A stretch of DNA of 64,000 bases from Deltaproteobacteria bacterium (lineage in GTDB: Bacteria; UBA10199; JADFYH01): contig JADFYH010000001.1 of the NCBI GenBank assembly GCA_015233135.1, positions 27,930-91,929 on the forward strand, written 5' to 3'. The notes under the pieces were generated by a model, which saw nothing but the letters and a program-made list of their open reading frames with translations, was not told the origin of the DNA and made no database searches. This document shows positions 1-9,288 of this stretch, in pieces. The translations under genes were made by a program, and so were the position numbers. Each line of letters opens with the position of its first letter. The first letter of the stretch is position 1.

Positions 1-331
1 ACAACTTTTTATACACCTTGTCTGCCTGAAGAAACTTTTTGGTTTTCCGATAGGCCATCCCCAGGTGAAGCTGTAAATCCATCTGTTCAGGATATTTCAC
101 AACGGCATCTTCCAGAAGGACAATCGCACGATCTCCCTGCCCATTATTGAGAGCAAGCACAGCGTTTTTAATAATTTCCCCAATTTCAGTTTTGGCTTCA
201 ATGCTTTGAGGTGCAATCGCATCTGGAAGACTTCCAGGATTCTGAAGACGTCCCCAGGCAAAAAGGACCAACAGTAATGGAACAAGGGTTACCAAAGTTA
301 ATTTCAATTTTTGATTTTGAAATAGTTTCAT
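1..331 (-). CDS. TPR-like secreted protein, N-terminal part only (gene runs off window start)
   Basis: Manual reverse translation from ATG (rc of 329-331) stays open to position 1: MKLFQNQKLKLTLVTLVPLLLVLFAWGRLQNPGS... Signal-peptide-like N-terminus then TPR-like helices. Not in the ORF track because it is truncated. Confidence 0.4.
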   Translation of the reverse strand, partial: MKLFQNQKLKLTLVTLVPLLLVLFAWGRLQNPGSLPDAIAPQSIEAKTEIGEIIKNAVLALNNGQGDRAIVLLEDAVVKYPEQMDLQLHLGMAYRKTKKFLQADKVYKKL

Positions 332-395
332 AGGCCGTGAGCAATTATTTTAACACGATAAGCAAAAAACCCAAGGAGAAAGGTCAAAAAAAAGG

Positions 396-430
396 CCCCG
401 TCGTAACGGAACCTTTTTTTCAGCTTCTAA
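396..430. terminator. Hairpin flanked by A-run and T-run (bidirectional intrinsic-terminator-like) downstream of the ccm operon
   Basis: aaaaaaaaggccccgtcgtaacggaaccttttttt; on the minus strand GGUUCCGU-UACG-ACGGGGCC stem followed by a U-run. Confidence 0.4.
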
Positions 431-453
431 AACAGTTGTATCAGTTTTTGGGT

Positions 454-570
454 CAAGGTTTTGAAATTGTTCCAGATTGAGGCGGGAGTCCATTCACCCG
501 GAAGGAGGCGTAGCAGACGCTACGTTGACTGACGGGGGAATGGCTCCCAACGAAGAGCTGGGACAATTAC
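454..570. repeat. Structured ~120 nt repeat element, copy 1 (family A)
   Basis: Near-identical to 5522-5636. Internal hairpin CGTAGC-AGAC-GCTACG and long-range pairing GGGAGTCCATTC / GAATGGCTCCC. Confidence 0.6.
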
Positions 571-611
571 GAAAGCTTGCTGGATTCGGCTACTGCCGAA
601 TCTAGGATTAG

Positions 612-1340
612 TTATTTGGGTGGAGTGCTGGTTGCCGCAAGGGCTTCATTCACTTTTTGAAGAAACATCTCCACCCGTGGACGTCCGGGATCATTCAGAT
701 TGGAAAATTTCATAAACTGATCCCAAGTCTCTTTGGCGCCCTTCCAATCTTGATTCTGAAACTGCACAATCCCCTTAAAGAGCAGGGCTTCTGGAAATTT
801 TGGATTAGATTTCAGGGCGGCATCGAATTCTTGGAGGGCTTTTTCTTTTTCCTGCATGGCGGAATCAGACATGCCCATATGCGTGAGGGCCTCGGAATTT
901 TTGGGATCGATTTGCAGGGCCTGTTCAGCCAGGTTAAAAACCATTTCGTAATCCTGGTTCTGTAAGGCCAGATGCCCCAGACGATTGAGGGCAGCGATAT
1001 CTTTTGGATTTTTATCAATGCGTTTTTTGAGGGCTTCCATCTCTTTTTCGTCTACTTTTCCAATAGAGGCCTTGGTGGATCCGCCAGGCCCAGACCCAGA
1101 CATAGGCTTTTTCATCATGCCTTCATCCCCTTCACGCGGACGAACTCCACCCACCAGACTCACAGCCACTCCAGCAACGAAGGCTGCAAGAAAAAGCACG
1201 AGGGCGGTCCGAGATAAAAAGCGCGATTTCTGGGTATTCCCCTGCGCCTTTTCTTTTCGTTCCAAAATGGCGGCAAAAATAGCAGCCATCAGCAAGGCCA
1301 AGGCACAGATAAAACCGACTAATGTTCCTGAAAGCGTCAT
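612..1340 (-). CDS. ccmI: Cytochrome c biogenesis factor CcmI/CycH-like (N-terminal TM + TPR repeats)
   Basis: N-terminal hydrophobic helix and C-terminal TPR repeats. Last gene of the ccm operon, 4-nt overlap with ccmH. Confidence 0.55.
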   Translation of the reverse strand: MTLSGTLVGFICALALLMAAIFAAILERKEKAQGNTQKSRFLSRTALVLFLAAFVAGVAVSLVGGVRPREGDEGMMKKPMSGSGPGGSTKASIGKVDEKEMEALKKRIDKNPKDIAALNRLGHLALQNQDYEMVFNLAEQALQIDPKNSEALTHMGMSDSAMQEKEKALQEFDAALKSNPKFPEALLFKGIVQFQNQDWKGAKETWDQFMKFSNLNDPGRPRVEMFLQKVNEALAATSTPPK

Positions 1341-1720
1341 ATAGAATTTTCTCTCCGTCTACGCAACTGGATCACAATCACAGCCCCTCCCCCAAGCAAT
1401 ACCAGAACGGGCAAAACCCAGATCGTCAGATTCATTCCCTGGGCCTTGGGTTTGAGCAAGATCCATTCACCGTAGCGCTCTTCAAAATATTTGGTAATTT
1501 CTTCATCACTTTTCCCCGCAGCCACCTGTTGCCTGATCACATCCATCATCTCATTGGCTAGGGTGGAGGGGGATTCCGAAACGGGAACTCCTCGACAGAC
1601 CGGACAACGAATTTGAGAACCCAGGCTTTTGATGCGCTCATTAGGATCGGTGGAGGGCTTGGCACAGGCAACGACAAGACCAAAAACGACCATCATTATG
1701 AGCTTCCAGAAAGATTTCAT
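1337..1720 (-). CDS. ccmH: Cytochrome c-type biogenesis protein CcmH/NrfF
   Basis: Signal/TM segment, QIRCPVCRG (LRCxxC-type) motif, C-terminal TM; operon context. Confidence 0.85.
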   Translation of the reverse strand: MKSFWKLIMMVVFGLVVACAKPSTDPNERIKSLGSQIRCPVCRGVPVSESPSTLANEMMDVIRQQVAAGKSDEEITKYFEERYGEWILLKPKAQGMNLTIWVLPVLVLLGGGAVIVIQLRRRRENSI

Positions 1721-2250
1721 GGTGTTCCCCCTGCGTTTTTGGAAAACAGCTGATCGAGCTGGCCCATGATAATTTCTGAGCTGAGTATCCCCGCGTGCTT
1801 GTAGCGAACCCTGCCTTGAGCATCTATAAAGAAAGTCTCGGGAACCCCTGAAACACCGTAATCAATCGCTGTTTTAAGTCCTGGATCCAGAAGAATAGGA
1901 ACACCTGGCCCATATTGGGTTATGAATTTCTTCGCATTCTCTGGGGTATCTTCATAAAGGATCGAATAAAAAGCTACCCCTTGAGGAGAGAGACGCTCAT
2001 AGGCCTGCTTCAAAAGATTATATTCCGCGGCGCAGGGGCCACACCAGGTCGACCAAAAATTAAGAATCAGGGGTTTGCCCCGGGCCATCTCCAAAGAAAT
2101 TTTTTTCCCATCTAAGCTGGTCAACTCAAAGGCCGACGCCTTTTTTTCCAAAATGACAGATGGCAAGTCGCGAGGATCTCGCTGGAGACTGAAATAAAGC
2201 AGGGCAATGGTGGGAACAAAAATAGCCAAAAAAATGAGGAGTTTTTTCAT
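1717..2250 (-). CDS. ccmG: Thiol:disulfide interchange protein CcmG/DsbE (thioredoxin fold)
   Basis: WSTWCGPC active site. Start moved to MKKLLIFLAIF (rc ATG at 2248-2250), 5 nt after the ccmF stop. Confidence 0.85.
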   Translation of the reverse strand: MKKLLIFLAIFVPTIALLYFSLQRDPRDLPSVILEKKASAFELTSLDGKKISLEMARGKPLILNFWSTWCGPCAAEYNLLKQAYERLSPQGVAFYSILYEDTPENAKKFITQYGPGVPILLDPGLKTAIDYGVSGVPETFFIDAQGRVRYKHAGILSSEIIMGQLDQLFSKNAGGTP

Positions 2251-2255
2251 AAAAT

Positions 2256-4214
2256 CTACTCTTTCTTTTTCCGACCCAGGGCCAAGGCCATAAAGCCTCC
2301 CGTCATCACCACGATACCCCCTATCCAAATCCATACCACCGCAGGAGTCAGGATGGCGTGGAGGGTAATCTTGGAGCCATTTTTTTCGAAACTCAAAAGA
2401 GTAAGATAGAGATCTTCCACCCCAGTAGAACGCACAGCGGGGCTACCAATGGGCTCATCTCTACCCGAATAGTAGTTCGACTGAGGAAAAAGCGAGCCCA
2501 AGGACTTGCCTTTGCTCGTAACGTCCACATCGGCCTTTACTTCATAACGCCTAGGGGTGTCTTCGCCGAAAATCTCTCGGAAGGTCAGGCTATAATCCCC
2601 AATGCTCGCCGACTGTCCCTTCTCGAGAATAATCATTCGGTCTTGCGCGTAGCTGCTGGAAATCGCCACCGCCACAATAATCATCAAGGCCCCAAAGTGT
2701 GCAACAAAGCCGCCATAACGGCGCGGGTTATCGGGAAAAAGCCTGAAGAATTCTGCAAGGCAAGAACTTTTTCTGTTCTGGGCCCGCAGCCTGGCCGTCT
2801 GAATCATTTCAATACACATCACAAAAAATGCAAAACTCGCCAGCGTGATCATTCCAACGACAAGGGGATGAGTTTTCCCCCACACGAAGCAAAGAGCCAG
2901 CGGAAGCAGAGCTAGGAGGGCCGGCCATTGGGCGGCCTTTACAAAGGCCTTGGCCTCTGTTTTTCTCCACGGCGTAATGAGCCCTATCCCCATCAGCAGG
3001 AGCATCATCCCCACAATGGGAATCGTCATTTGATTAAAATAAGGCTGACCAATCGAGATTCTTTTGCCTTGAACGGCTTCCACCACCAGCGGGTAGATGG
3101 TTCCTAAAAACACAACAAAGCAGAAGCTGACAAAAAGTAGATTGTTGAAGAGAAAAAGCACTTCGAGACTGAAGATATTTTCCACGCGTCCGGGATTACG
3201 AAATTTCGGTGCCTGCCACAAAAGGAGAGACAACGAGGTCGCCAGGATAACTGTCATGAAAATTAAAAAGTAGGGACCTACATGCGATTCGGTAAAAGAA
3301 TGGACACTGTCCAAGACTCCACTTCGGGTAAGAAAGGTTCCAAGCAGGGTGAGAAGAAAGGTGAGCACCGCAAGAATAAGATTCCAGACCGGCAACATCT
3401 TTCGTTTTTCCTGCACAATCATCGAGTGCACCAGCGCCGTTCCTGCAAGCCAGGGCATAAAACTCGCATTTTCTACGGGATCCCAGGCCCAGTAACCTCC
3501 CCAACCCAACACAGCGTAGGACCACCAGCCCCCCAAAACAATGGCCATCGAGAGAAAAGACCAGGCAAACAAGGCCCAGCGACGAGTCATTTCTATCCAC
3601 TGACCCGGTAGGTCTTGCTCGATCATCGCCGCAATGGCAAAGGCGAAGGGAATGGTAAAGCCGATATACCCCATATAAAGGAAAGGCGGATGGATGGACA
3701 TCAACCAGTGATTTTGCAGCAAGGGATTGGGGCCAGGTCCATTTTGTGGAACCGGGGAAACAGCAATAAAAGGATTGGAAGGAAGGGCCAGCAAAACAAA
3801 AAAGAAGAGCTCCACAAAAAGCAGCGTGATGCCAACCCAACACATTATTTTTTGCTCGCGCTCACGATAAAAGTAGATGCAAACCGCCGAATACGCCGAC
3901 AAGATCCATCCCCAAAAGAGAATGGAACCTGCCAGCGAACTCCAGAGAGAAATGGCGCTAATCCAACGCGGGGTCTCCAGACTTCCGACCTGCGCAACGT
4001 AGCTGACGCTGAAATCGTCGTTGAGCAAGGCATGCACCATCGCCAGATTGGCAAGGGTCATGAGAACAAAATTGGCGTAAACCGACGCCCGGGCGTAAGC
4101 CAAGGCCGTGTCATTTTCCAGTTTGCGTCCCAAAAAATAGAGCAGCATGCCGAAAACGCAGAAACCAATCGCCAGGGCAATGGAAATATTTCCAATGTAG
4201 ACAATGTAGTTCAT
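2256..4214 (-). CDS. ccmF: Cytochrome c heme lyase subunit CcmF
   Basis: 652 aa polytopic membrane protein with WGGYWAWDPVEN (WWD domain). Confidence 0.9.
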   Translation of the reverse strand: MNYIVYIGNISIALAIGFCVFGMLLYFLGRKLENDTALAYARASVYANFVLMTLANLAMVHALLNDDFSVSYVAQVGSLETPRWISAISLWSSLAGSILFWGWILSAYSAVCIYFYREREQKIMCWVGITLLFVELFFFVLLALPSNPFIAVSPVPQNGPGPNPLLQNHWLMSIHPPFLYMGYIGFTIPFAFAIAAMIEQDLPGQWIEMTRRWALFAWSFLSMAIVLGGWWSYAVLGWGGYWAWDPVENASFMPWLAGTALVHSMIVQEKRKMLPVWNLILAVLTFLLTLLGTFLTRSGVLDSVHSFTESHVGPYFLIFMTVILATSLSLLLWQAPKFRNPGRVENIFSLEVLFLFNNLLFVSFCFVVFLGTIYPLVVEAVQGKRISIGQPYFNQMTIPIVGMMLLLMGIGLITPWRKTEAKAFVKAAQWPALLALLPLALCFVWGKTHPLVVGMITLASFAFFVMCIEMIQTARLRAQNRKSSCLAEFFRLFPDNPRRYGGFVAHFGALMIIVAVAISSSYAQDRMIILEKGQSASIGDYSLTFREIFGEDTPRRYEVKADVDVTSKGKSLGSLFPQSNYYSGRDEPIGSPAVRSTGVEDLYLTLLSFEKNGSKITLHAILTPAVVWIWIGGIVVMTGGFMALALGRKKKE

Positions 4215-4672
4215 TTTGTATTTCCCTCAAGACCTTTCTCTTTTTTAAGTGAGCGATAGATCTCCTGGGGAATCATTCCTTCTTTGGGAGGACGATACTC
4301 ATTGCCGTGTTTGACCATCAGACGTTCTGCATTGAAGTGCCCATCCGCCTGCATGGAACCCTCCACCACCACCCCCATGCCTTCATGAAACATTTGCGGC
4401 GGGGTCTTGCTGCTGGTCACCCGTACTGAATTTTTATCATCTTTTACCGAAAAATTGAGGATATTGCCTTCCTGTTTTACCGAACCCTCCAGCACCACTC
4501 CTCCCAGGCGCACAGGGTTTCCAACGGCTGCCTGCCCCTTAGCCAGAACTTCGGTAGGCGTCACAAAATAAACCATATTTTGCTCCAGCCCTCCCCACAT
4601 GATATAGGCAATGGCCCCTGCGATGATGGCCACCGCCAGAAGACTAAAAATCTGTCGTCGTGAAAATTTCAT
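4211..4672 (-). CDS. ccmE: Heme chaperone CcmE
   Basis: MKFSRRQIFSLLAVAII... single TM plus OB-fold region ending HGNEYRPPK, as expected for CcmE. Start set to the internal Met (the listed ORF has a 53-aa spurious extension). Confidence 0.8.
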   Translation of the reverse strand: MKFSRRQIFSLLAVAIIAGAIAYIMWGGLEQNMVYFVTPTEVLAKGQAAVGNPVRLGGVVLEGSVKQEGNILNFSVKDDKNSVRVTSSKTPPQMFHEGMGVVVEGSMQADGHFNAERLMVKHGNEYRPPKEGMIPQEIYRSLKKEKGLEGNTK

Positions 4673-4793
4673 AGGGACGTCGCCTCGTTCTTCTTCACAG
4701 CTCTCCAGCGTATCCAGAGAGTTAAGCCGTAAAGACCGAAAGCAACCCAGGGCGCCGCATAGGCCGCTCGAATGTATTCCCAACCACCTTGAA

Positions 4794-5468
4794 TCATAGA
4801 AGCTCCTTCTTTCTTTCGGGAGGTAGCGCAAGCCTCTCCTCTAAAAGCGCCTCTCTCTTAGCGAGTCTCAGACGGAAAAACAAGAGGGCTAAACACATGG
4901 CCAAAAATGCAAAGGCAGAGAGCCGGAGAGAAACTACCATAGAAGGGGCCATCGTGTTTGGACTGGATTGAACCTGATGAAGCGAACGCCACCATTTCAC
5001 CGACAGGTAAACTAGGGGGACATTGAGAAAAATGAGGAAACCCACACTGGCCGCCACCTTGGCCCGGCGTTCTGGATCTGAAATGAGTTGTCTTAAAACC
5101 AGATAGCCCGAGTACATCACAAAAAGTAATGCCGTGGTCGTCAGTCGTGGGTCCCAGGTCCACCAAACTCCCCAGGTCGGTCTCCCCCAAAGGGAACCCA
5201 GAAGCAGGGCCAGGCCATTCATAAGCAAACCGATTTCGGCCGCGCAATAAGCAAAACGGTCCCATTTTTCTTTTTTGCGGATCAGATAAGCCACTGATCC
5301 TACGAAGCTAAGGGTAAAAAATAATAAGGCCATCCAGGCTGCAGGGACATGGACGAAAAGAATACGATAGACGTCGCCCATCATCCCATCCGCCGGAGCG
5401 ATAAACAATCCCCGATACTCAGCAAAACCCAGGAAGGCGACCACAAAAAGGGCAATAAGGATGTTCAT
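4794..5468 (-). CDS. ccmC: Heme exporter protein CcmC
   Basis: WGVWWTWDPRL tryptophan-rich motif in a polytopic membrane protein; start set at MNILIALF. Confidence 0.85.
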   Translation of the reverse strand: MNILIALFVVAFLGFAEYRGLFIAPADGMMGDVYRILFVHVPAAWMALLFFTLSFVGSVAYLIRKKEKWDRFAYCAAEIGLLMNGLALLLGSLWGRPTWGVWWTWDPRLTTTALLFVMYSGYLVLRQLISDPERRAKVAASVGFLIFLNVPLVYLSVKWWRSLHQVQSSPNTMAPSMVVSLRLSAFAFLAMCLALLFFRLRLAKREALLEERLALPPERKKELL

Positions 5469-5520
5469 GCGAAGACTCCCTAAACCTAGAAAAACAGGTT
5501 CAAATGCATTTTTCCCAGGG

Positions 5521-5646
5521 CAAGGGACTGAAATTGTTCCAGATTGAGGCGGAAGTCCATTCACCCGAAAGGAGACGTAGCCCAAGCTACGTTGACTGAC
5601 GGGGGAATGGCTCCCAACGAAAAGCTGGGGCAATTGCAGTCCCTTG
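5521..5646. repeat. Structured ~120 nt repeat element, copy 2 (family A), between ccmB and ccmC
   Basis: About 90% identical to 454-570. Closing stem AAGGGACTG...CAGTCCCTT. Inner hairpin loop changed (AGAC to CCAA) with the stem preserved. Confidence 0.6.
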
Positions 5647-5649
5647 TTG

Positions 5650-6324
5650 CTAAACTCGATCAAATAAGGTTTCGGCGAAAAGTGTAGATCCCAGAAAAAA
5701 TATGGTGTCAAATAAAATCAAAAGTTTAAGCCAGGCACGCTGTTGCCCAAAGAGATCATGGGCTAAAGATAAACTCGTCGCATTCACGGCGCACAAAAGA
5801 ACCGGAACCAGCATGGGAAAAAGCAGCAATGGCAAAAGCATCTGTGCCTCCCGAAAACTCGCGGTAAGCCCCGCGTAAAGTGTGCCGATACTTGCAATTC
5901 CCACACTGCCCAAGAAGAGGCAAAGGCCCAGCGAAAATGAAAGGTTTTGATCAAACAAAACAGCCATCAAGGGAAGCATCACGAGCTGGAGACAAAGAGT
6001 ATAGCTGAGATTCGTGAGAAATTTCCCCATGTATAGGGCACGAGGGTCTGTTCCCAAAAGAAGCAGACCTTCCCACTGCCCCTCTTCGGTTTCCTGGCGA
6101 AACGAGTGCGAAAGCGACAAAATGGAGGTAAAGAAAATCGAAAGCCAGAAAAGCCCCGGGGCCATTCGGCGCATGAGGTCTGGATCGACGCTTAAGGCGA
6201 AACTGAATAAAAGCAGCAACAAGACACCAAAGAGAATAATAGAAAGCAGGTTGTGCCCCTGTCGAAGTTCGGTCTTTAAGTCTTTTCGAAAAATGGCGCC
6301 TACCTGTTGTAAAAAAAGGCTCAT
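5650..6324 (-). CDS. ccmB: Heme exporter permease CcmB
   Basis: 224 aa, six hydrophobic segments; position between ccmA and ccmC. Confidence 0.8.
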   Translation of the reverse strand: MSLFLQQVGAIFRKDLKTELRQGHNLLSIILFGVLLLLLFSFALSVDPDLMRRMAPGLFWLSIFFTSILSLSHSFRQETEEGQWEGLLLLGTDPRALYMGKFLTNLSYTLCLQLVMLPLMAVLFDQNLSFSLGLCLFLGSVGIASIGTLYAGLTASFREAQMLLPLLLFPMLVPVLLCAVNATSLSLAHDLFGQQRAWLKLLILFDTIFFLGSTLFAETLFDRV

Positions 6325-7004
6325 ACAGGCACCCCGTCATAGCTGATTGTTCCGTCTGAAATCACCAACAATCGATGTGCATGCTGCTTCGCATGACGAG
6401 GGTCATGGCTCGAGAGGAGAATGGTCTTCCCCTGCTTTTGCCAATCCTGAATCAGGCCATCCAAGATTTGTCGGCCTTCATCGTCCAGGGTGGGGTGGGG
6501 CTCATCCAAAAGGTAGAGATCGGTTTTAGATTGTTGCAGCAGGAGTCTTGCGAGCACCACGCGTTTTTTATTTCCTTCGGACAATTGGCTGATACGACGG
6601 TGTTCGTAAGGCTGAATTTTCAATTTTTCCAACAACTTTTGAATTTCCATATCCACTGTAGAGGAAGGAATTCCCAAAAGGGTGGCCACCAGTCTTAAAT
6701 TTTCGCGAACGGTCAGGATATCGTAGAGTTGTTTTTCGTGACCCAAAAAACGAATTCGAGGTCGGATCTGAGCACGGTCCTCCTGCGCATCCAGACCCAA
6801 CACCTTGATGCTCCCTGTCGAATGCGAGAGCAAGGTCGCAATGAGTTTGATAAAAGTGGATTTACCGGACCCGTTTTTACCAAAAAGGGCAACGGTCTCA
6901 CCTTGAGGAATGCTCACATTGAGGCGACTTAAAACCCAACTCCGGCCATAGCGCTTTCCAGCCTCCAGCATCTCGATGGCATTCGGCTTTGCAGAAGACA
7001 TCAA
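6321..7004 (-). CDS. ccmA: Heme exporter ATP-binding protein CcmA
   Basis: Walker A GKNGSGKST, ABC signature LSEGNKKR, Walker B LYLLDEP. Confidence 0.85.
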   Translation of the reverse strand: MMSSAKPNAIEMLEAGKRYGRSWVLSRLNVSIPQGETVALFGKNGSGKSTFIKLIATLLSHSTGSIKVLGLDAQEDRAQIRPRIRFLGHEKQLYDILTVRENLRLVATLLGIPSSTVDMEIQKLLEKLKIQPYEHRRISQLSEGNKKRVVLARLLLQQSKTDLYLLDEPHPTLDDEGRQILDGLIQDWQKQGKTILLSSHDPRHAKQHAHRLLVISDGTISYDGVPV

Positions 7005-8254
7005 TCCCTCTCTTTTAGTGATGACTTCTTCTCATAACGAAGTTCTCCTGTTAGGACCCCAGTAGTTACTTTTGCAATCACAGTAAACATCAAAGCCCCT
7101 ATCGCGGCAATACCTAAGCACAAAACGACTTCGTCTAAATTTGGATAATACTCGGAAATCTCACCCAAAGGCGTGGGAATAAATCCGGGAATCACAAGGC
7201 CCATCCCCTTCTCTATCCACAGGCCTAAAATACACAGATGACAAGCAATCAGGAAAAGAACTTGATTGTTTCGGAACTGCTTAAAACTCACCAGCAACGC
7301 AGCAATAACATTCATGATCGTTGCCGGCCAGATAAACCAGATCAACAGGTGATGCCCTTTTAAACCAAAATAGAGATATTGGGCCGAGGCTGCATGCAGA
7401 GTTCCAGGATAGAGCTCCTTAAAAATTTCACACAAGAGGAGAAAAAGATTAATGGGCAGGGTCACTCGCATCACACTTTTCAAATAATCAAAGACCGTGC
7501 TCTTCACCGCTAGCTTCGTGTGGTAATTGACGGCAAGAAAAACTAAATAAAAAATTGCAGGGCCCACTGAAAAGGCGCTGATTATAAAACGGGGGGCCAG
7601 GATGGCTGTATTCCAAAAATAACGTGATCCTAAACCGGAAAGGAGAAAGGCCTCAGAAACCTGGATGCCAATCGCAAAGAACATCAAAACAAAAATAAGG
7701 GGATAGTATAAGTACCATTTTGTCTGCCGACCCATGTATCTCATATACAGAAGGTAGGCGGGGACATACAGGTTCAGGACAAAATAAATGTTAATGACCA
7801 CCACATCCCAAGCTAAAATAGAGCTGGGAAGATTTAAATGCCCTCCCATGAATGGGATCATGTGCAAGAAACGCTCGGGACGTCCAATATCGGTGATAAT
7901 GAAAAGAAGACACATGACAATGGCTGTAAATGCAAGCTGTTGCGCAAGAAGGACCACCTCTTTAATATCTTGATTACGATTAATATAGGCAGGAAAAACC
8001 AAAATGACCGCCGAGGCCGCCACGCCCACAAAATAGACAAAATTGGCAATCCCCAAGCCCCAGCTGACTTGATCCGACATATGAGTGACGATCAGCCCCT
8101 CAACCAATTGATGGTAGTAAAGCAGCCCTCCCCACCCAATCAAAGCCACAAGAAAACCCACCCAGAGGTAATAGAGCTTTCCCCCCTTAATGGCAAACCG
8201 GAACATCGATAACCAATAATTTAAATAGTTCCGCATAGTTCTCTTTCTCCTCAA
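7001..8254 (-). CDS. NrfD/PsrC-family polytopic membrane subunit (quinone-interacting)
   Basis: 417 aa with about 10 hydrophobic helices, translationally coupled to the FeS protein and ccmA. Confidence 0.65.
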   Translation of the reverse strand: MRRKRTMRNYLNYWLSMFRFAIKGGKLYYLWVGFLVALIGWGGLLYYHQLVEGLIVTHMSDQVSWGLGIANFVYFVGVAASAVILVFPAYINRNQDIKEVVLLAQQLAFTAIVMCLLFIITDIGRPERFLHMIPFMGGHLNLPSSILAWDVVVINIYFVLNLYVPAYLLYMRYMGRQTKWYLYYPLIFVLMFFAIGIQVSEAFLLSGLGSRYFWNTAILAPRFIISAFSVGPAIFYLVFLAVNYHTKLAVKSTVFDYLKSVMRVTLPINLFLLLCEIFKELYPGTLHAASAQYLYFGLKGHHLLIWFIWPATIMNVIAALLVSFKQFRNNQVLFLIACHLCILGLWIEKGMGLVIPGFIPTPLGEISEYYPNLDEVVLCLGIAAIGALMFTVIAKVTTGVLTGELRYEKKSSLKERD

Positions 8255-9288
8255 TCAAAAAAGTAATAGAATTGGGGCCTTGTATTCAGTTCTTCCTTCA
8301 AAACATAAACTCGCTTATGCTTCAAAATCTGAGACACTTCACTGTTCGGATCACGCAAATTTCCAAACTTCCGCGCCCCGGTTGGGCAGGCCTCAAGACA
8401 GGCCGGGTATTTTCCATTACGCGTTCTATGCAAGCAGAAAGTACATTTCTCCACCACGCCCTTCATCCGGATACGATTACTCAAATAGGATTGATTCGGA
8501 TTAATTTGATCGGCAGGAATACTCGGCTTGGTGAAGTTGAAGTGGCGGGCTTCGTAAGGACAAGCTGCCATACAGTAACGACAACCAATGCACCAATTGT
8601 AGTCAACCACCACGATTCCATCTGCTTCCTTCCAGGTAGCCTCCACCGGACAGGCCCTTACGCAAGGTGGATTACGACAATGCTGACATTGAACAGGGAG
8701 ATAAAACTTATCTTTCCGGGGAACCTCGGGAGGGTTGTAGTAACGGTCTCCTTCTACCAAATCAAAACTACCCGCCTCCATTTCTAAAACCGTGATGTAC
8801 TGGATCGCTGGATCCCGTGACTGATTGTTCTCCTTTACACAGGCCTCGACACATTTTCGATTTCCATTGCATCGGGTCAGACTTAGAAAATACGCAAATT
8901 CAACCTCTGGAATCGGAGGAGGATCCGTGATGGTCACATCCACCCCATAGGCAGCCTTCGTTTCATGCTCGATCCGTTTAAAAATTGCTTCCTTGTCCTT
9001 CGGGGTCAGCTCTTTGTAATGCTTCTGAAAAAACTCTGCGAAGGTAAAGGCCTCGGCCGGTTTTGAGCCTGCCAAAACTGCCGCTCCAGCTGCTGCGCCA
9101 GCTCCCTGGATAAAGGATCGTCGGGAAAACATTTTTCCAAAAAACCGATCTGTCAAAGCCTGAATTCTCTTCGTCGCTCTCTTCGGATTTGCGTTTTCAG
9201 AACTTTTCTCAGCGCTTGAGAAATTCTTAAAAAAACGCCCCATCCAGGCACGGAGTTTTGATCGTTCGGAATCCATCGGAGCACTCAT
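8251..9288 (-). CDS. Tat-exported 4Fe-4S ferredoxin-type subunit (NrfC/PsrB/HybA-like)
   Basis: Twin-arginine motif SRRSFIQGAGAAAGA; four Cys clusters CxxCxxCxxxCP (e.g. CQHCRNPPCVRACP, CIGCRYCMAACP). Confidence 0.8.
   Translation of the reverse strand: MSAPMDSERSKLRAWMGRFFKNFSSAEKSSENANPKRATKRIQALTDRFFGKMFSRRSFIQGAGAAAGAAVLAGSKPAEAFTFAEFFQKHYKELTPKDKEAIFKRIEHETKAAYGVDVTITDPPPIPEVEFAYFLSLTRCNGNRKCVEACVKENNQSRDPAIQYITVLEMEAGSFDLVEGDRYYNPPEVPRKDKFYLPVQCQHCRNPPCVRACPVEATWKEADGIVVVDYNWCIGCRYCMAACPYEARHFNFTKPSIPADQINPNQSYLSNRIRMKGVVEKCTFCLHRTRNGKYPACLEACPTGARKFGNLRDPNSEVSQILKHKRVYVLKEELNTRPQFYYFFD

Noticed and set aside
454-570. The family-A element as the SRP (4.5S) RNA
   Set aside because: The CCGGAAGGAGGCG stretch loosely resembles the SRP domain IV 5' strand. 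However, two copies 5 kb apart with different non-GNRA loops, one of them inside the ccm operon, are incompatible with an essential single-copy SRP RNA. Kept as an unclassified structured repeat.
657-1344. Several plus-strand ORFs (657..965, 972..1217, 985..1344) overlapping ccmI
   Set aside because: Antisense shadows of a TPR gene with clear operon context and overlaps; no motifs of their own.
2358-4259. ORFs 2358..2915(+), 3196..3843(-), 3282..3611(+), 3615..4259(+) inside ccmF
   Set aside because: They lie in or against the ccmF frame, which has the diagnostic WWD domain; they are Arg/Lys/Gly-rich nonsense typical of GC-rich antisense frames.
8272-8787. Plus-strand ORFs across the FeS-protein gene
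   Set aside because: Antisense to a gene with four unambiguous 4Fe-4S Cys clusters and a Tat motif.
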